Source: a phage
DNA length: 64,000 bases
Strand: one strand, 5' to 3'
Sequence record: PZ445526.1
Shown here: positions 18,946-27,674 of the stretch, piece after piece
How the letters are laid out: every line of letters begins with the position of its first letter
Numbering within the stretch: position 1 is the first letter of the stretch
Notes under the pieces: generated by a model
Database searches by the model: none
The model's input: only the letters and a program-made list of their open reading frames with translations
What the model was told of the DNA's origin: nothing
Position numbers and translations under genes: made by a program

Positions 18946-19253
18946 CGTAAATTCCCTGCAATTGGTATACTAACAATACGCCCAGTATCTAAAATTCGCT
19001 GATATAATCTTTGTGTGTCTACGTCAGGCTTAACATGTTTAACTTCTATTTTATTAAACCAAAACTTGCGTGGAGTCTCAACTAATCTTGGAATTCCCTT
19101 ACCTAAAGCTAGTTGATACTGCTCTTTAAGAGTGGTAAATACTTTATCAGCAATCTTCCATTCAAAAAATACAGCAGGACGATGTTCATCAAGCGGAACT
19201 GGCGCCGTAAATCCGTCTTTGTCTCGGTAAACTATCGCATATACATAAACCAT
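18942..19253 (-). CDS. hypothetical protein (103 aa)
   Basis: ORF track, ATG start, 4-nt overlap with dda. Confidence 0.5.
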   Translation of the reverse strand: MVYVYAIVYRDKDGFTAPVPLDEHRPAVFFEWKIADKVFTTLKEQYQLALGKGIPRLVETPRKFWFNKIEVKHVKPDVDTQRLYQRILDTGRIVSIPIAGNLR

Positions 19254-19254
19254 A

Positions 19255-20001
19255 TTATCCTCGGATAAGTTTAAAAATTGAACAATTTAGCGGATATCCT
19301 CTTTTCAGTTTAAGTTTATCAATAAAAGACAAATTTTGATACCGCTCTACACCTTGAATAATTTTATCACACATATCATATTGCATTTCTGCTTCTGACA
19401 ACTTTTTCACAATTTTCCAATCCGAACCTTTAAGAAGAACGTTCAATTTAACAACTTCAGCGCCTTCTGCTATACGAGAACCATCAATACGAGCTTTAAG
19501 TGCTATAATTCTTAGCTTAATGTCAGAGGTCTGTTTTGATTTAGAAAGCTGAGAAATGTGTTCAATTCGATTTTCACGTTTTTTCTGTATAGCTTTAATT
19601 TGATTATAAGTCTTTTTGATTTTAGCCCATTTCTTTTCATCTAAATTTAGTTTATGAACTTTTTTCGCAGATGAACGACCAATTCGCAAAGCAAATAAAT
19701 CCCGTTTTTCAATCAACTCCTCTAAAGTATAATCAGAACGAAATGTATTATACTTTTTCTTTACTGCAATAACATTCCCTTTAATGTATCCAACGTTATT
19801 ATCAAAACGTTCTAATGATAATTTCTCTCCTTCAATACGATTATCAAAAGGTTCTCCCGAGTAAGCACAAACTTTTTGATCTAAAATGTTCTTAATGTAA
19901 TTGAAGTCTAAGTTAAAATCTTTAGAACGTCTTTTTGCAGATGCCTGAGTATGCTCTAAACGACGTTTAATTTTACGAATTTGGTTATTAGACAGCTTCA
20001 T
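19255..20001 (-). CDS. hypothetical basic 248-aa protein, possible Srd equivalent
   Basis: Size and position between dda and modA; no sequence-level recognition. Confidence 0.45.
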   Translation of the reverse strand: MKLSNNQIRKIKRRLEHTQASAKRRSKDFNLDFNYIKNILDQKVCAYSGEPFDNRIEGEKLSLERFDNNVGYIKGNVIAVKKKYNTFRSDYTLEELIEKRDLFALRIGRSSAKKVHKLNLDEKKWAKIKKTYNQIKAIQKKRENRIEHISQLSKSKQTSDIKLRIIALKARIDGSRIAEGAEVVKLNVLLKGSDWKIVKKLSEAEMQYDMCDKIIQGVERYQNLSFIDKLKLKRGYPLNCSIFKLIRG

Positions 20002-20037
20002 ATTTTTCTCACATCTTACGGACGGTTAACTACTTAT

Positions 20038-20070
20038 ACTATAACATTTTTACTTTAACTTTTGTAAACA
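20038..20070 (-). promoter_or_regulatory. possible early promoter for srd-like gene
   Basis: GTTTACA present but spacing to TATAGT is 21 nt rather than 18. Confidence 0.3.
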
Positions 20071-20126
20071 ACTTTATGTAAAAATGCTTTAAAAATTTCA
20101 TGGTATAATGAATCTAAGTCCTTCCA

Positions 20127-20729
20127 TTATAGATTAAATCCTTCAAAATCAAGAGTATAGATAGTGTATGTTGAATACTTTTTGTACTCATATCTATCTG
20201 CAATTCTAAATACACTTCCAGCTGGTATCATTACTTCTTGTTCATCTGAAACTAATTCCATATTACGATAACGATGGCTATCCGGAAACTTAAAGTTTGG
20301 ATTGTATTCTTTACAGCGTAGAGCTTTTATAGCATACTCCTGGAAATTGAATACCATAGGAGCTTTGAATTCAAAGATAACTTGTGTGTTATACTCTAAA
20401 CCGGAAGCAAAATGTAGAGCTATATTTTTATCATATGAAGCTGATACGACTTTATCAAATGTAATAATATCAATTCCTTGATTTAATACTTGTTTAGTCT
20501 CAGCTGGAACACCTCTCCAAAGAGGTTTATCGTTTGGAACCAAACGAGATTTGATTATTTCATTTAACCAAGAATGATCGTCTGGTTTATTAGTAATACA
20601 ATGAATTAAAAGTTCAATTTCAGATAAATTAAACCCTTCAGAAAGTAATTCTTCACGAATAGAAGCACGCACCGATGCATCCATTGATTTTATTTTAAAA
20701 TCTTTTAGTTGCATTACTGAGTATTTCAT
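20127..20729 (-). CDS. modA: ADP-ribosyltransferase ModA
   Basis: 200 aa; R-S-EXE pattern (LWRGV ... SAS ... EQEVMIP); size matches T4 ModA. Confidence 0.8.
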   Translation of the reverse strand: MKYSVMQLKDFKIKSMDASVRASIREELLSEGFNLSEIELLIHCITNKPDDHSWLNEIIKSRLVPNDKPLWRGVPAETKQVLNQGIDIITFDKVVSASYDKNIALHFASGLEYNTQVIFEFKAPMVFNFQEYAIKALRCKEYNPNFKFPDSHRYRNMELVSDEQEVMIPAGSVFRIADRYEYKKYSTYTIYTLDFEGFNL

Positions 20730-21349
20730 TCAACTACCTCAATATCATAAACTTTAAATGTTCCAAATGAATCGTGTAATTTTTCTTTTGAAATAGAAGT
20801 TATTCTATACTTTCCAATTGGAATCATCCATTCTTGTTCACGCACAATCATCATTAAGTTATCAGTACGCTCTGAATCTAGCCCATCAGTATCTTCATAC
20901 GTGTACTTAAACTCAGTATTAGGAGAAGAAAGTATAATATCGCTGATATGGTCAGAATAATTAAAAGCTTTATCAGTTTTTAAGCGAAATATTATTTCAG
21001 TGAAATATTCAGCATAAGAAAAAGAACACGCTGTATGCAAACTAGTAGTAAATGAATCTACCCTGTTCGTTGAAAACACTTCTCCAACTTGTAAATCTTT
21101 AATAAGTTCTTCTGTTGATTTTGATATACCACGATATAACTGATATGGTGATTTAGTTAAATGCTTTTTAATGATTTTATTCAATTGCCGATGAAGAGCT
21201 TCATTCTTTTTGGCTTCCATACATTGCCAAAGAATTGACTGTTCAAAGTCAGTAAATTTTTCACAGACCTTTTTATACATATCATATTGAAAATCAACGC
21301 TTTCAGCTTTTATAGATAACTGTTCAACATCTGCAGGATTAATAATCAT
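20726..21349 (-). CDS. modB: ADP-ribosyltransferase ModB
   Basis: 207 aa; R-S-EXE pattern (LYRGIS ... EQEWMIP); paralog of ModA, 4-nt overlap; early promoter 21376-21405. Confidence 0.8.
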   Translation of the reverse strand: MIINPADVEQLSIKAESVDFQYDMYKKVCEKFTDFEQSILWQCMEAKKNEALHRQLNKIIKKHLTKSPYQLYRGISKSTEELIKDLQVGEVFSTNRVDSFTTSLHTACSFSYAEYFTEIIFRLKTDKAFNYSDHISDIILSSPNTEFKYTYEDTDGLDSERTDNLMMIVREQEWMIPIGKYRITSISKEKLHDSFGTFKVYDIEVVE

Positions 21350-21375
21350 GATAGCCTCCGTATACTTCAGAAGCT

Positions 21376-21405
21376 ATCATATCATCGTTAGAAAGGAAAG
21401 TAAAC
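21376..21405 (-). promoter_or_regulatory. early promoter for modB-modA
   Basis: GTTTAC-N18-TATGAT, TG-extended. Confidence 0.5.
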
Positions 21406-21416
21406 AACTTTTTGAA

Positions 21417-21599
21417 TTATTTTGCCCAGGGAGCCCAAGGCGGAGGGTCAAGATGGTATGAAGCTAGTTCTTCTAGAAGAGCATCTGGGGCTTCAATTCC
21501 ATAATTCTGTAATACTATACGGTACTCTTTCTTATAATCACTAGAATCATTCTGGTTATTCGTAGAATGATTATCTTCTAACATCTCAAATAAATCCAT
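21417..21599 (-). CDS. hypothetical protein (60 aa)
   Basis: ORF track. Confidence 0.4.
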   Translation of the reverse strand: MDLFEMLEDNHSTNNQNDSSDYKKEYRIVLQNYGIEAPDALLEELASYHLDPPPWAPWAK

Positions 21600-21607
21600 A
21601 TTAATTC

Positions 21608-22078
21608 CTAGCGATAAAAACCAAAGTGACGATTAGCTTCAACAATCTTTCTTTCTTCTTCGGACATTCTCCAGCGTAGTCCAACATCAAAATGAGCCCA
21701 GACCATCTTAACAAATGCGTTTATATCTTTAATATCTTCAATAATGAATGTTTTACTTTTAGAAGGTTGACTCGCTAATTTAACTTTATCATCTTCAAAC
21801 AGGTCAAAAAGACCATATTCATGAGCTCTTTTATAGCCTTTAATAGTTAAAGCTTCAGAAGAAGAAAACGGTGAATCAGTATTCTGCAAAATATCTTCAG
21901 TATGCTTTATAATTAGAATAACATTTTCTGGATATTTTCTTTCTTTTATATCTTTAATTAAAAAATCCGGATTTTCTGCTAAAGGAATAATCAATGAGCA
22001 ATTTTTATCAAGCGTATTTACTGATTTACCTTCTTTAGACATAAATTCTATTGAATAGTGTTTTGCTACTTCAATCAT
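21608..22078 (-). CDS. hypothetical protein (156 aa)
   Basis: ORF track, ATG start. Confidence 0.5.
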
Positions 22079-22231
22079 GTGATTTCCTTTTGCCTACTAA
22101 TGGACCGTCGGGAATTTTGTTTTCCTGGATATATTTCTCGTTTTCTTCCATCATTTTACTACCAATTTTAAGAAGCAAATCCATTGCTTCATTTGCTTTA
22201 GCTTTAGCCTCTTCTAACGTCATATCTTTGT

Positions 22232-22435
22232 TCATGATTTATCGCCATAGATGTCTCTCATCAATTTAAGCGCTGAGCGTTCTAATTTCTTTTCTTTCTC
22301 AGCACTAATCATTGATTTCATCCATTCTTCTGATTCATTCTGCATTTCTTTATTTGCTTGTTCAACCCAACCATCATCAATATACATTGAGTTTGGTCTA
22401 TTGAACCATTCAAGTATTTTCTTCAGAACTTTCAT
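22232..22435 (-). CDS. hypothetical protein (67 aa)
   Basis: ORF track, ATG start. Confidence 0.45.
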
Positions 22436-22895
22436 TTGTTTTACCTAAAACAATAGTAGGAGCATCGTCAAATTCATGAATTTTTAGCAATTTTGGATTT
22501 AAATTATTCCATACATAATAAATAAAGTATGATAAAGCATCTTCACTCGCAATTATAAATTTATTTCCTTCATTTATTTTCCAGTCATATACTGAATCGT
22601 ACGAATAAAAAGATAAAGGATTACCATTATATTGTTCTGCGCTAACATTAATGTATTCGGATTTAGTAAATGCTTCAATTGCTCTAAACGGACTATTTGG
22701 CACAGTTTCAATAATTCCGATCTTTTTAAGTTTTATTTCAACATCTTCTGGAACTGGCATTGAAACGAAATTTTCTACGAGATACATAGGGTTACAATAA
22801 CCCTTATCAATCACTACGGCTACAGTAATTGGAACATCTTTAGCAAACGACATGCTATTACTGCTAATATACATTTCAAACAAAATTGCTTCCAT
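22410..22895 (-). CDS. hypothetical protein (161 aa)
   Basis: Track ORF starts at TTG; ATG at 22895 has SD GAGGAAA. Confidence 0.5.
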   Translation of the reverse strand: MEAILFEMYISSNSMSFAKDVPITVAVVIDKGYCNPMYLVENFVSMPVPEDVEIKLKKIGIIETVPNSPFRAIEAFTKSEYINVSAEQYNGNPLSFYSYDSVYDWKINEGNKFIIASEDALSYFIYYVWNNLNPKLLKIHEFDDAPTIVLGKTNESSEENT

Positions 22896-22903
22896 AATTT
22901 TCC

Positions 22904-23236
22904 TCAATCACAAGATGTAGATGAACAGCTAGAATCACAAGAACTTCCACATGAATCGCCCGCCCATACATGAACAGGAACATTCGTATCATATGAATCA
23001 GAACTAGACTGTGTATTAGATGATGTAGTAGGTGTTGACCAGCGCCAAGGATTTTTATAATATTCTTGGGCTTCTTCATAAGTCATAGTAACTGCTTCTA
23101 CTGTTCCATCTCCCATATAAACATATTCAACTACAGTTAAAGGAAGATAGTCATTTGAAATAGGAACTACACCTTCCCCAGGAGTCGTAGAGAAAAAATC
23201 CGTAAAGAAACTTTTAAACCAATTAAAGATAAACAT
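22904..23236 (-). CDS. hypothetical protein with Ser/Cys-rich C-terminal tail (110 aa)
   Basis: ORF track, ATG start; C-terminus ...[20 protein letters not shown]. Confidence 0.5.
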   Translation of the reverse strand: MFIFNWFKSFFTDFFSTTPGEGVVPISNDYLPLTVVEYVYMGDGTVEAVTMTYEEAQEYYKNPWRWSTPTTSSNTQSSSDSYDTNVPVHVWAGDSCGSSCDSSCSSTSCD

Positions 23237-23442
23237 TACAAAAAGCCTCTCTTGAATTCGACTTGCTTCTCACCATAATCGTATCGAATTTCTGCATTAA
23301 ATTCAACAGAACCATCTGCGTACATCATAAATGAATGTACAATAACTTCTGTAGACCATGGCTGTAGTTCATATTTCTTCATTACATGCCGTGAAATGAT
23401 AATATCTAAATCTTCATTCGGTTTAATCCAACGATTTAACAT
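23236..23442 (-). CDS. hypothetical protein (68 aa)
   Basis: ORF track, ATG start; early promoter 23469-23498 upstream. Confidence 0.5.
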   Translation of the reverse strand: MLNRWIKPNEDLDIIISRHVMKKYELQPWSTEVIVHSFMMYADGSVEFNAEIRYDYGEKQVEFKRGFL

Positions 23443-23468
23443 AGCGCTCTCCTCTATAAGATAATTCT

Positions 23469-23498
23469 ATTATACCATACTCATTTTGATATGTAAAC
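23469..23498 (-). promoter_or_regulatory. early promoter cassette
   Basis: GTTTAC-N18-TATAAT, TGG-extended; directly after soc terminator. Confidence 0.6.
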
Positions 23499-23504
23499 CG
23501 TTTA

Positions 23505-23536
23505 AATGAAAAAAAAGGACTCCCGAAGGAGTCCTT
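23505..23536 (-). terminator. rho-independent terminator after soc
   Basis: AAGGACUCC-UUCG-GGAGUCCUU followed by eight U. Confidence 0.65.
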
Positions 23537-23540
23537 GAAT

Positions 23541-23786
23541 TTATTCACCAGTTACTTTCCACAAATCTTCATTTGCAGTAATCCATTCAGTACGTTGATT
23601 TTCTTCATATACTGTAGAATATGCTGCTTTTTCTGAAGGGAATGTCTGGTAATGAGCACCAGAAATTTTGTGAACGTCAGAATAAAGAGGGAAAGCTACG
23701 GAAATTTCCTTTCCTTCAATTTTCTTATTTCCATCTAATTTCTGCTCAAATGTTTTGATATTAACATAACCGCGAGTACTAGCCAT
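23541..23786 (-). CDS. soc: small outer capsid protein Soc
   Basis: 81 aa, MASTRGYVNIKTFEQKLDGNKKIEGKEISVAFPLYSD... matches remembered T4 Soc; TATAAATA late promoter upstream, strong terminator downstream. Confidence 0.9.
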   Translation of the reverse strand: MASTRGYVNIKTFEQKLDGNKKIEGKEISVAFPLYSDVHKISGAHYQTFPSEKAAYSTVYEENQRTEWITANEDLWKVTGE

Positions 23787-23802
23787 GTAATTCTCCTTTT
23801 AT

Positions 23803-24012
23803 TTAAATTACATGATTATTTATAATAAATTCTCGCGGAACGTTAAAATACCCAATTTTAGTTAATATAACAACATCGCCGTTAATAATTACCGGAGAAT
23901 AATCGGCTGGAGCATTAAATTTCCAATGGGCTCTAATATTATATCCATCAGAACCAAATGCTCGACTAGCCGGTCTCCCGGCTTTTTGCCATGCATAAAA
24001 ATCAAATTTCAT
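23803..24012 (-). CDS. hypothetical protein (69 aa)
   Basis: ORF track. Confidence 0.45.
   Translation of the reverse strand: MKFDFYAWQKAGRPASRAFGSDGYNIRAHWKFNAPADYSPVIINGDVVILTKIGYFNVPREFIINNHVI
23817..23824 (-). promoter_or_regulatory. late promoter for soc
   Basis: exact TATAAATA on minus strand about 30 nt upstream of soc ATG. Confidence 0.5.
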
Positions 24013-24209
24013 TTTGAATGCTCTATAATTAATTTTAAAGCTTCTTCACGCACCAACTTGCCTGGTATATGCCCAGTTTTAATTGTGTAAACTTTGTGGA
24101 GCTGATTAGATAAGAGCTCACATACGAGCTCCTTGTCATAATCTTTAAATAGCTGGTCAATACGCTTCTTGTGGGCTTTCTTGAGCTGGCGTTTATTTAA
24201 ACGAGCCAT
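24009..24209 (-). CDS. hypothetical basic protein (66 aa)
   Basis: ORF track; Lys/Arg-rich N-terminus. Confidence 0.45.
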   Translation of the reverse strand: MARLNKRQLKKAHKKRIDQLFKDYDKELVCELLSNQLHKVYTIKTGHIPGKLVREEALKLIIEHSK

Positions 24210-24727
24210 TAATAGCCTCGATCTTGACGAGCGAAGTTTTCAGCATTTTTCAGATAATAAAGTTTAAAGATTTCCTCAGCTGACATTCCAAGAGCAATGA
24301 ATTTATTCATGAAAAAGTGAAATTGATCAATCAGTTCAAATTTAATTTCAAGTTGATCTTCAGGAGATAAATCTTGAATTTTCTTGGATTGCATTTCAGA
24401 ATAACGTTTTTTCCAAGGTTTCCATACAGCAGAAGCTTCTTTTTCACCATTACTCATACCACCAAGAGAAGTATATAGCTCGCGAGTTTCATCTGCGATA
24501 TAATCGTCTTGGTTTCGCAGCCAAGCAAGAACTTCTCCTGCAGTTTCAAGTGAATCAGGATGACGATTTGTTTCTGGTTTATCATTAGCCAAACGAATCT
24601 GTAAATGCCGCTGCATGTCAAGCATAACCTGTAGTGGGTCAATATTGTGCATAATATTCTCAGCATATGCACGATTTGCTTTATCAACACCTTCGATCAA
24701 ATGAGCACATTCATTAAAGTGAGCCAT
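24209..24727 (-). CDS. 56: dCTP pyrophosphatase gp56 (MazG-like)
   Basis: 172 aa from internal ATG (MAHFNECAHLIEG...) with SD AAAGGAAAAA; size and position match T4 gp56; track start extended 31 codons. Confidence 0.8.
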   Translation of the reverse strand: MAHFNECAHLIEGVDKANRAYAENIMHNIDPLQVMLDMQRHLQIRLANDKPETNRHPDSLETAGEVLAWLRNQDDYIADETRELYTSLGGMSNGEKEASAVWKPWKKRYSEMQSKKIQDLSPEDQLEIKFELIDQFHFFMNKFIALGMSAEEIFKLYYLKNAENFARQDRGY

Positions 24728-24798
24728 TATTTTTCCTTTCAATTCATGGGTTAGTAGATTAATTATACAATAAATATATAAAGCAATAAGGAGGACAT

Positions 24799-24999
24799 AT
24801 GGTACAAAAATTAATGGCACTTGTTAATGCCATCAAAGGTAATAAAAAGCGTATAGCTTTTACTATTTCTGCTATGGTAGGAATTTTACTCTGGAACTTT
24901 ATTTTATCACCTGTTGCAATTGCACATGGTATTAATATTCCAGTAGTTACTCTTGATACATTCGTAGATTTAGCATTTGCTTTAGTTGGGTTAATTTAA
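24799..24999 (+). CDS. 66-aa predicted membrane protein on the plus strand
   Basis: Strong SD TAAGGAGG 4 nt before ATG; two hydrophobic segments; convergent with and overlapping the primase stop. Confidence 0.5.
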   Translation: MVQKLMALVNAIKGNKKRIAFTISAMVGILLWNFILSPVAIAHGINIPVVTLDTFVDLAFALVGLI

Positions 25000-26024
25000 A
25001 TCTTAGCATATTTAGATAGCCGCATTTTAGCCATCAACCCCTGGGCAATATTATTTTTCATATATTCCATAATTTGTTCAGGGGTTGCACCTTCCTTTTT
25101 AATCATATCATTAACATCTTTTGATTTCCAGGGAGATTTATCCCAAAACATAACCCTTTCTCCTGCATCAACTAATTTAGTCATTCGCTTAATAGTGTCA
25201 GGATGACGAGGTTCATTATCTAAAACCCACACACGTCTATCTTTAAATGGAACAACTTCTAGGTCTAATTGACCACCCGTAATAGCTATACCATTTTCAA
25301 TAAAAAGTGAATCTATAGGTCCTTCTAGAACATATACATCACCATCTTTAACTCGTTCGACTCCATAGATTTTTGTTGCCTCAGGATAAGCTTTGATGGT
25401 TATATATTTTTGAGGAGCATCTTTCTTTAATGCACGTCCTTGAAAAGACTCAGCTTTTCCATTAGCATTATAAATTGGAATAACAAGACGAGGCTCAGGT
25501 ATTTCCTTTTTATATGTTCCGGGTGCTATACTATTAACTAATTTAGGCCATTCGGTTGTAAACCAAAGATATTTCCATTTATCCTTTGGAATACAACGAG
25601 CTTTTACATATTTTATAATTGGATGGTCTTCCGCCAGTTTATCTAATCTAACACATGACGGAAGAGATTTAATTATTTTCTTCTCAGGTTGTTTAGGAAG
25701 TTCTTTAGGTTTTTCTACTGGACGACTTTTACCTTTTTCTTTTCTTATTTCAAAGATATACTCACGATATAAATCAGGTTCAAACTCCTTTAAATATATT
25801 CCGATTGGTGCATGATAGTTACAGTTATAACAATGAATATTTCCTTCATTATTATCACCATAATACCATCCACGAGCTTTATTCTGGTCGGTTTTTGAAT
25901 CTCCACAAACAGGGCATCTAAACCGCAATTTAAAAGTTGAACTATTATTTACTTGTGTGAATTTAGGTAAATGAGCTAATGCACGGTATGCAAACTCATT
26001 ATCAATCCAAGGTATTGATGACAT
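24996..26024 (-). CDS. 61: DNA primase gp61
   Basis: 342 aa; N-terminal zinc ribbon (CPVCGDS ... CYNC); size matches T4 gp61. Confidence 0.9.
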   Translation of the reverse strand: MSSIPWIDNEFAYRALAHLPKFTQVNNSSTFKLRFRCPVCGDSKTDQNKARGWYYGDNNEGNIHCYNCNYHAPIGIYLKEFEPDLYREYIFEIRKEKGKSRPVEKPKELPKQPEKKIIKSLPSCVRLDKLAEDHPIIKYVKARCIPKDKWKYLWFTTEWPKLVNSIAPGTYKKEIPEPRLVIPIYNANGKAESFQGRALKKDAPQKYITIKAYPEATKIYGVERVKDGDVYVLEGPIDSLFIENGIAITGGQLDLEVVPFKDRRVWVLDNEPRHPDTIKRMTKLVDAGERVMFWDKSPWKSKDVNDMIKKEGATPEQIMEYMKNNIAQGLMAKMRLSKYAKI

Positions 26025-26026
26025 TT

Positions 26027-26191
26027 TTACTCTTCTTTTTCTTTAGATTCCTCTTTTTTCTTTTTAGGAATCTGTTCAGGACCTTTATTTACTACAGCGC
26101 CTGACGTTGTTCCAGTAGAGATATTTTCAGGATTACCACCTGAATCTCCAGCTACCATATCTTCTTTAATAAATTCTTTATATGTTTTCAT
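26027..26191 (-). CDS. 54-aa Lys-rich hydrophilic protein (not in ORF track)
   Basis: MKTYKEFIKEDMVAGDSGG...KKKKEESKEKEE; SD AGAGGT; stop 2 nt before primase ATG. Confidence 0.35.
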   Translation of the reverse strand: MKTYKEFIKEDMVAGDSGGNPENISTGTTSGAVVNKGPEQIPKKKKEESKEKEE

Positions 26192-26192
26192 A

Positions 26193-26819
26193 TTAACCTC
26201 TATTCATAAAAGCATTAAAAATTTGGTCATCAATAGAAACATTTACTTTAGACTGTTTTTCAGATGGCAATTCATATCCACATATTACAATTTTATGATC
26301 AATATCAAAATACACAGAAGCAATATGATTAATGATATTTTCAGTGAAGTCTAAATCAACATCAATGTCTTTTTGACCAAAGCCCAAAGGATAAATAATG
26401 CGAGTAATTCGATTATCTTTAACAAAGATTCCACCGACATACTCTGTGCTGCGTTTAAAGTCTACACGCCGACGAAATGAAAAATATTCAGGCTCTTTAT
26501 GAGCTCGGCTCATAGGGCACAACGAATAACTAGAATAAGAGATGTCAAATCCTACGCCTTCAATATGAACTAAATTGTCATGATTAAACCAATTATAATC
26601 ATATGCCAAGTCCATTAGATTGTCATATGTGAAAGGCACCGGATTAACATCATTGGTCACAAGCATATAATTAGCAACTGCTATAATTTCATTATTTTTA
26701 ACGAATACAAACCGTGATTGATGCGAATGACCTGGACCTGCGTTTTCACGATTAATGATATAACACTGGGCACCTTTATATTTGTACGTGTCTTTACACT
26801 TGTGCATTTGATAAAGCAT
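26193..26819 (-). CDS. hypothetical protein (208 aa), 61.2-position accessory gene
   Basis: ORF track, ATG start; between primase and sp. Confidence 0.55.
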   Translation of the reverse strand: MLYQMHKCKDTYKYKGAQCYIINRENAGPGHSHQSRFVFVKNNEIIAVANYMLVTNDVNPVPFTYDNLMDLAYDYNWFNHDNLVHIEGVGFDISYSSYSLCPMSRAHKEPEYFSFRRRVDFKRSTEYVGGIFVKDNRITRIIYPLGFGQKDIDVDLDFTENIINHIASVYFDIDHKIVICGYELPSEKQSKVNVSIDDQIFNAFMNRG

Positions 26820-27112
26820 TATTCACCTACCACTTCAGCGATGATATTTTTATTATTAAAGTTTTTATCGCAATACAGAACATAATTATACTGCATTACA
26901 CCACCAGACTTAAGTTGTTTTTGAACTTCAGCTTTCATTTCAGGACGATCACGCTCAACGATATTCATAATATCTGCTTCAATTTGAGTTTCAACCTCAG
27001 TCTGATCTGCAGTCATAGACCATTCACACAAATCTTTATCATAACCTGCCATAGCAGGCTGAGCAGCACAAGAAGCTAAAGCAAAAATTGTAGCAAAGAT
27101 AAATTTTTTCAT
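26819..27112 (-). CDS. sp: spackle periplasmic protein Sp
   Basis: 97 aa with signal peptide MKKFIFATIFALASCAAQPAMA; size and position match T4 sp (61.3). Confidence 0.75.
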   Translation of the reverse strand: MKKFIFATIFALASCAAQPAMAGYDKDLCEWSMTADQTEVETQIEADIMNIVERDRPEMKAEVQKQLKSGGVMQYNYVLYCDKNFNNKNIIAEVVGE

Positions 27113-27173
27113 GATAATCTCCTCAGTAATTTATGTTTATATAGTATCTCAATTTCTAATAAAAAGTAAACAG

Positions 27174-27473
27174 TTATTTTAAAACTTTTGCATAATCACA
27201 TGTTACAAACTGTTTCTCTAGCTTGACGATTTTACGAAAGTATCTTTTGCATTGGCGAATCTGCCGCTTCGTAGGGCGAACAACAAACTTAATAAATTCC
27301 ACTCGACCAAATGGAGGACTTTCTTCTGCTGGAATATCTAACACCAATTCCCACGTATCTGCAATAAGTGCTTTGAATTGTGTATTTTTCCTGACGTTAT
27401 ACGGAGTAGGTTTAAATAAAACAATATGCATATTATCCTCGGCAATCCACTTCACATACTTTCTTGTCATCAA
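27174..27473 (-). CDS. hypothetical basic protein (99 aa), 61.4-position accessory gene
   Basis: ORF track; strongly basic; between sp and dmd. Confidence 0.5.
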   Translation of the reverse strand: MMTRKYVKWIAEDNMHIVLFKPTPYNVRKNTQFKALIADTWELVLDIPAEESPPFGRVEFIKFVVRPTKRQIRQCKRYFRKIVKLEKQFVTCDYAKVLK

Positions 27474-27615
27474 TGAAAGCTTTAACTAATGCTTTATTAA
27501 CTTCAGCATATTGAGCAGTAGCCCATTGAACGTCATCTTTCATCATTGTAGTTTCTTTAGTAAACATGCTTTCATTCTTAAACCACCCCATAAAAACTAC
27601 CTTTACCAATTCCAT
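27433..27615 (-). CDS. dmd: Dmd (discriminator of mRNA degradation, antitoxin against RnlA/LsoA)
   Basis: 60 aa, MELVKVVFMGWFKNESMF...; size and position (next to gene 41) match T4 dmd; SD GAGGAG. Confidence 0.75.
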   Translation of the reverse strand: MELVKVVFMGWFKNESMFTKETTMMKDDVQWATAQYAEVNKALVKAFIDDKKVCEVDCRG

Positions 27616-27644
27616 AACAATCTCCTCATTTAACCAACAAGACT

Positions 27645-27674
27645 ACTATACCATAGTCCTGTCAGCTTGTAAAC
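27645..27674 (-). promoter_or_regulatory. early promoter for dmd
   Basis: GTTTAC-N18-TATAGT, TGG-extended. Confidence 0.6.

Noticed and set aside
22876-23079. Minus-strand alternative-frame ORFs nested in longer genes (22876..23079, 24454..24690, 15629..15820, 31003..31206, 33282..33467, 34488..34679, 40784..41047, 42876..43097, 58046..58252, 59946..60140, 8104..8322, 12727..12942)
   Set aside because: Fully contained in or overlapping larger, better-supported ORFs in another frame; no SD; some have odd His/Leu-rich composition.
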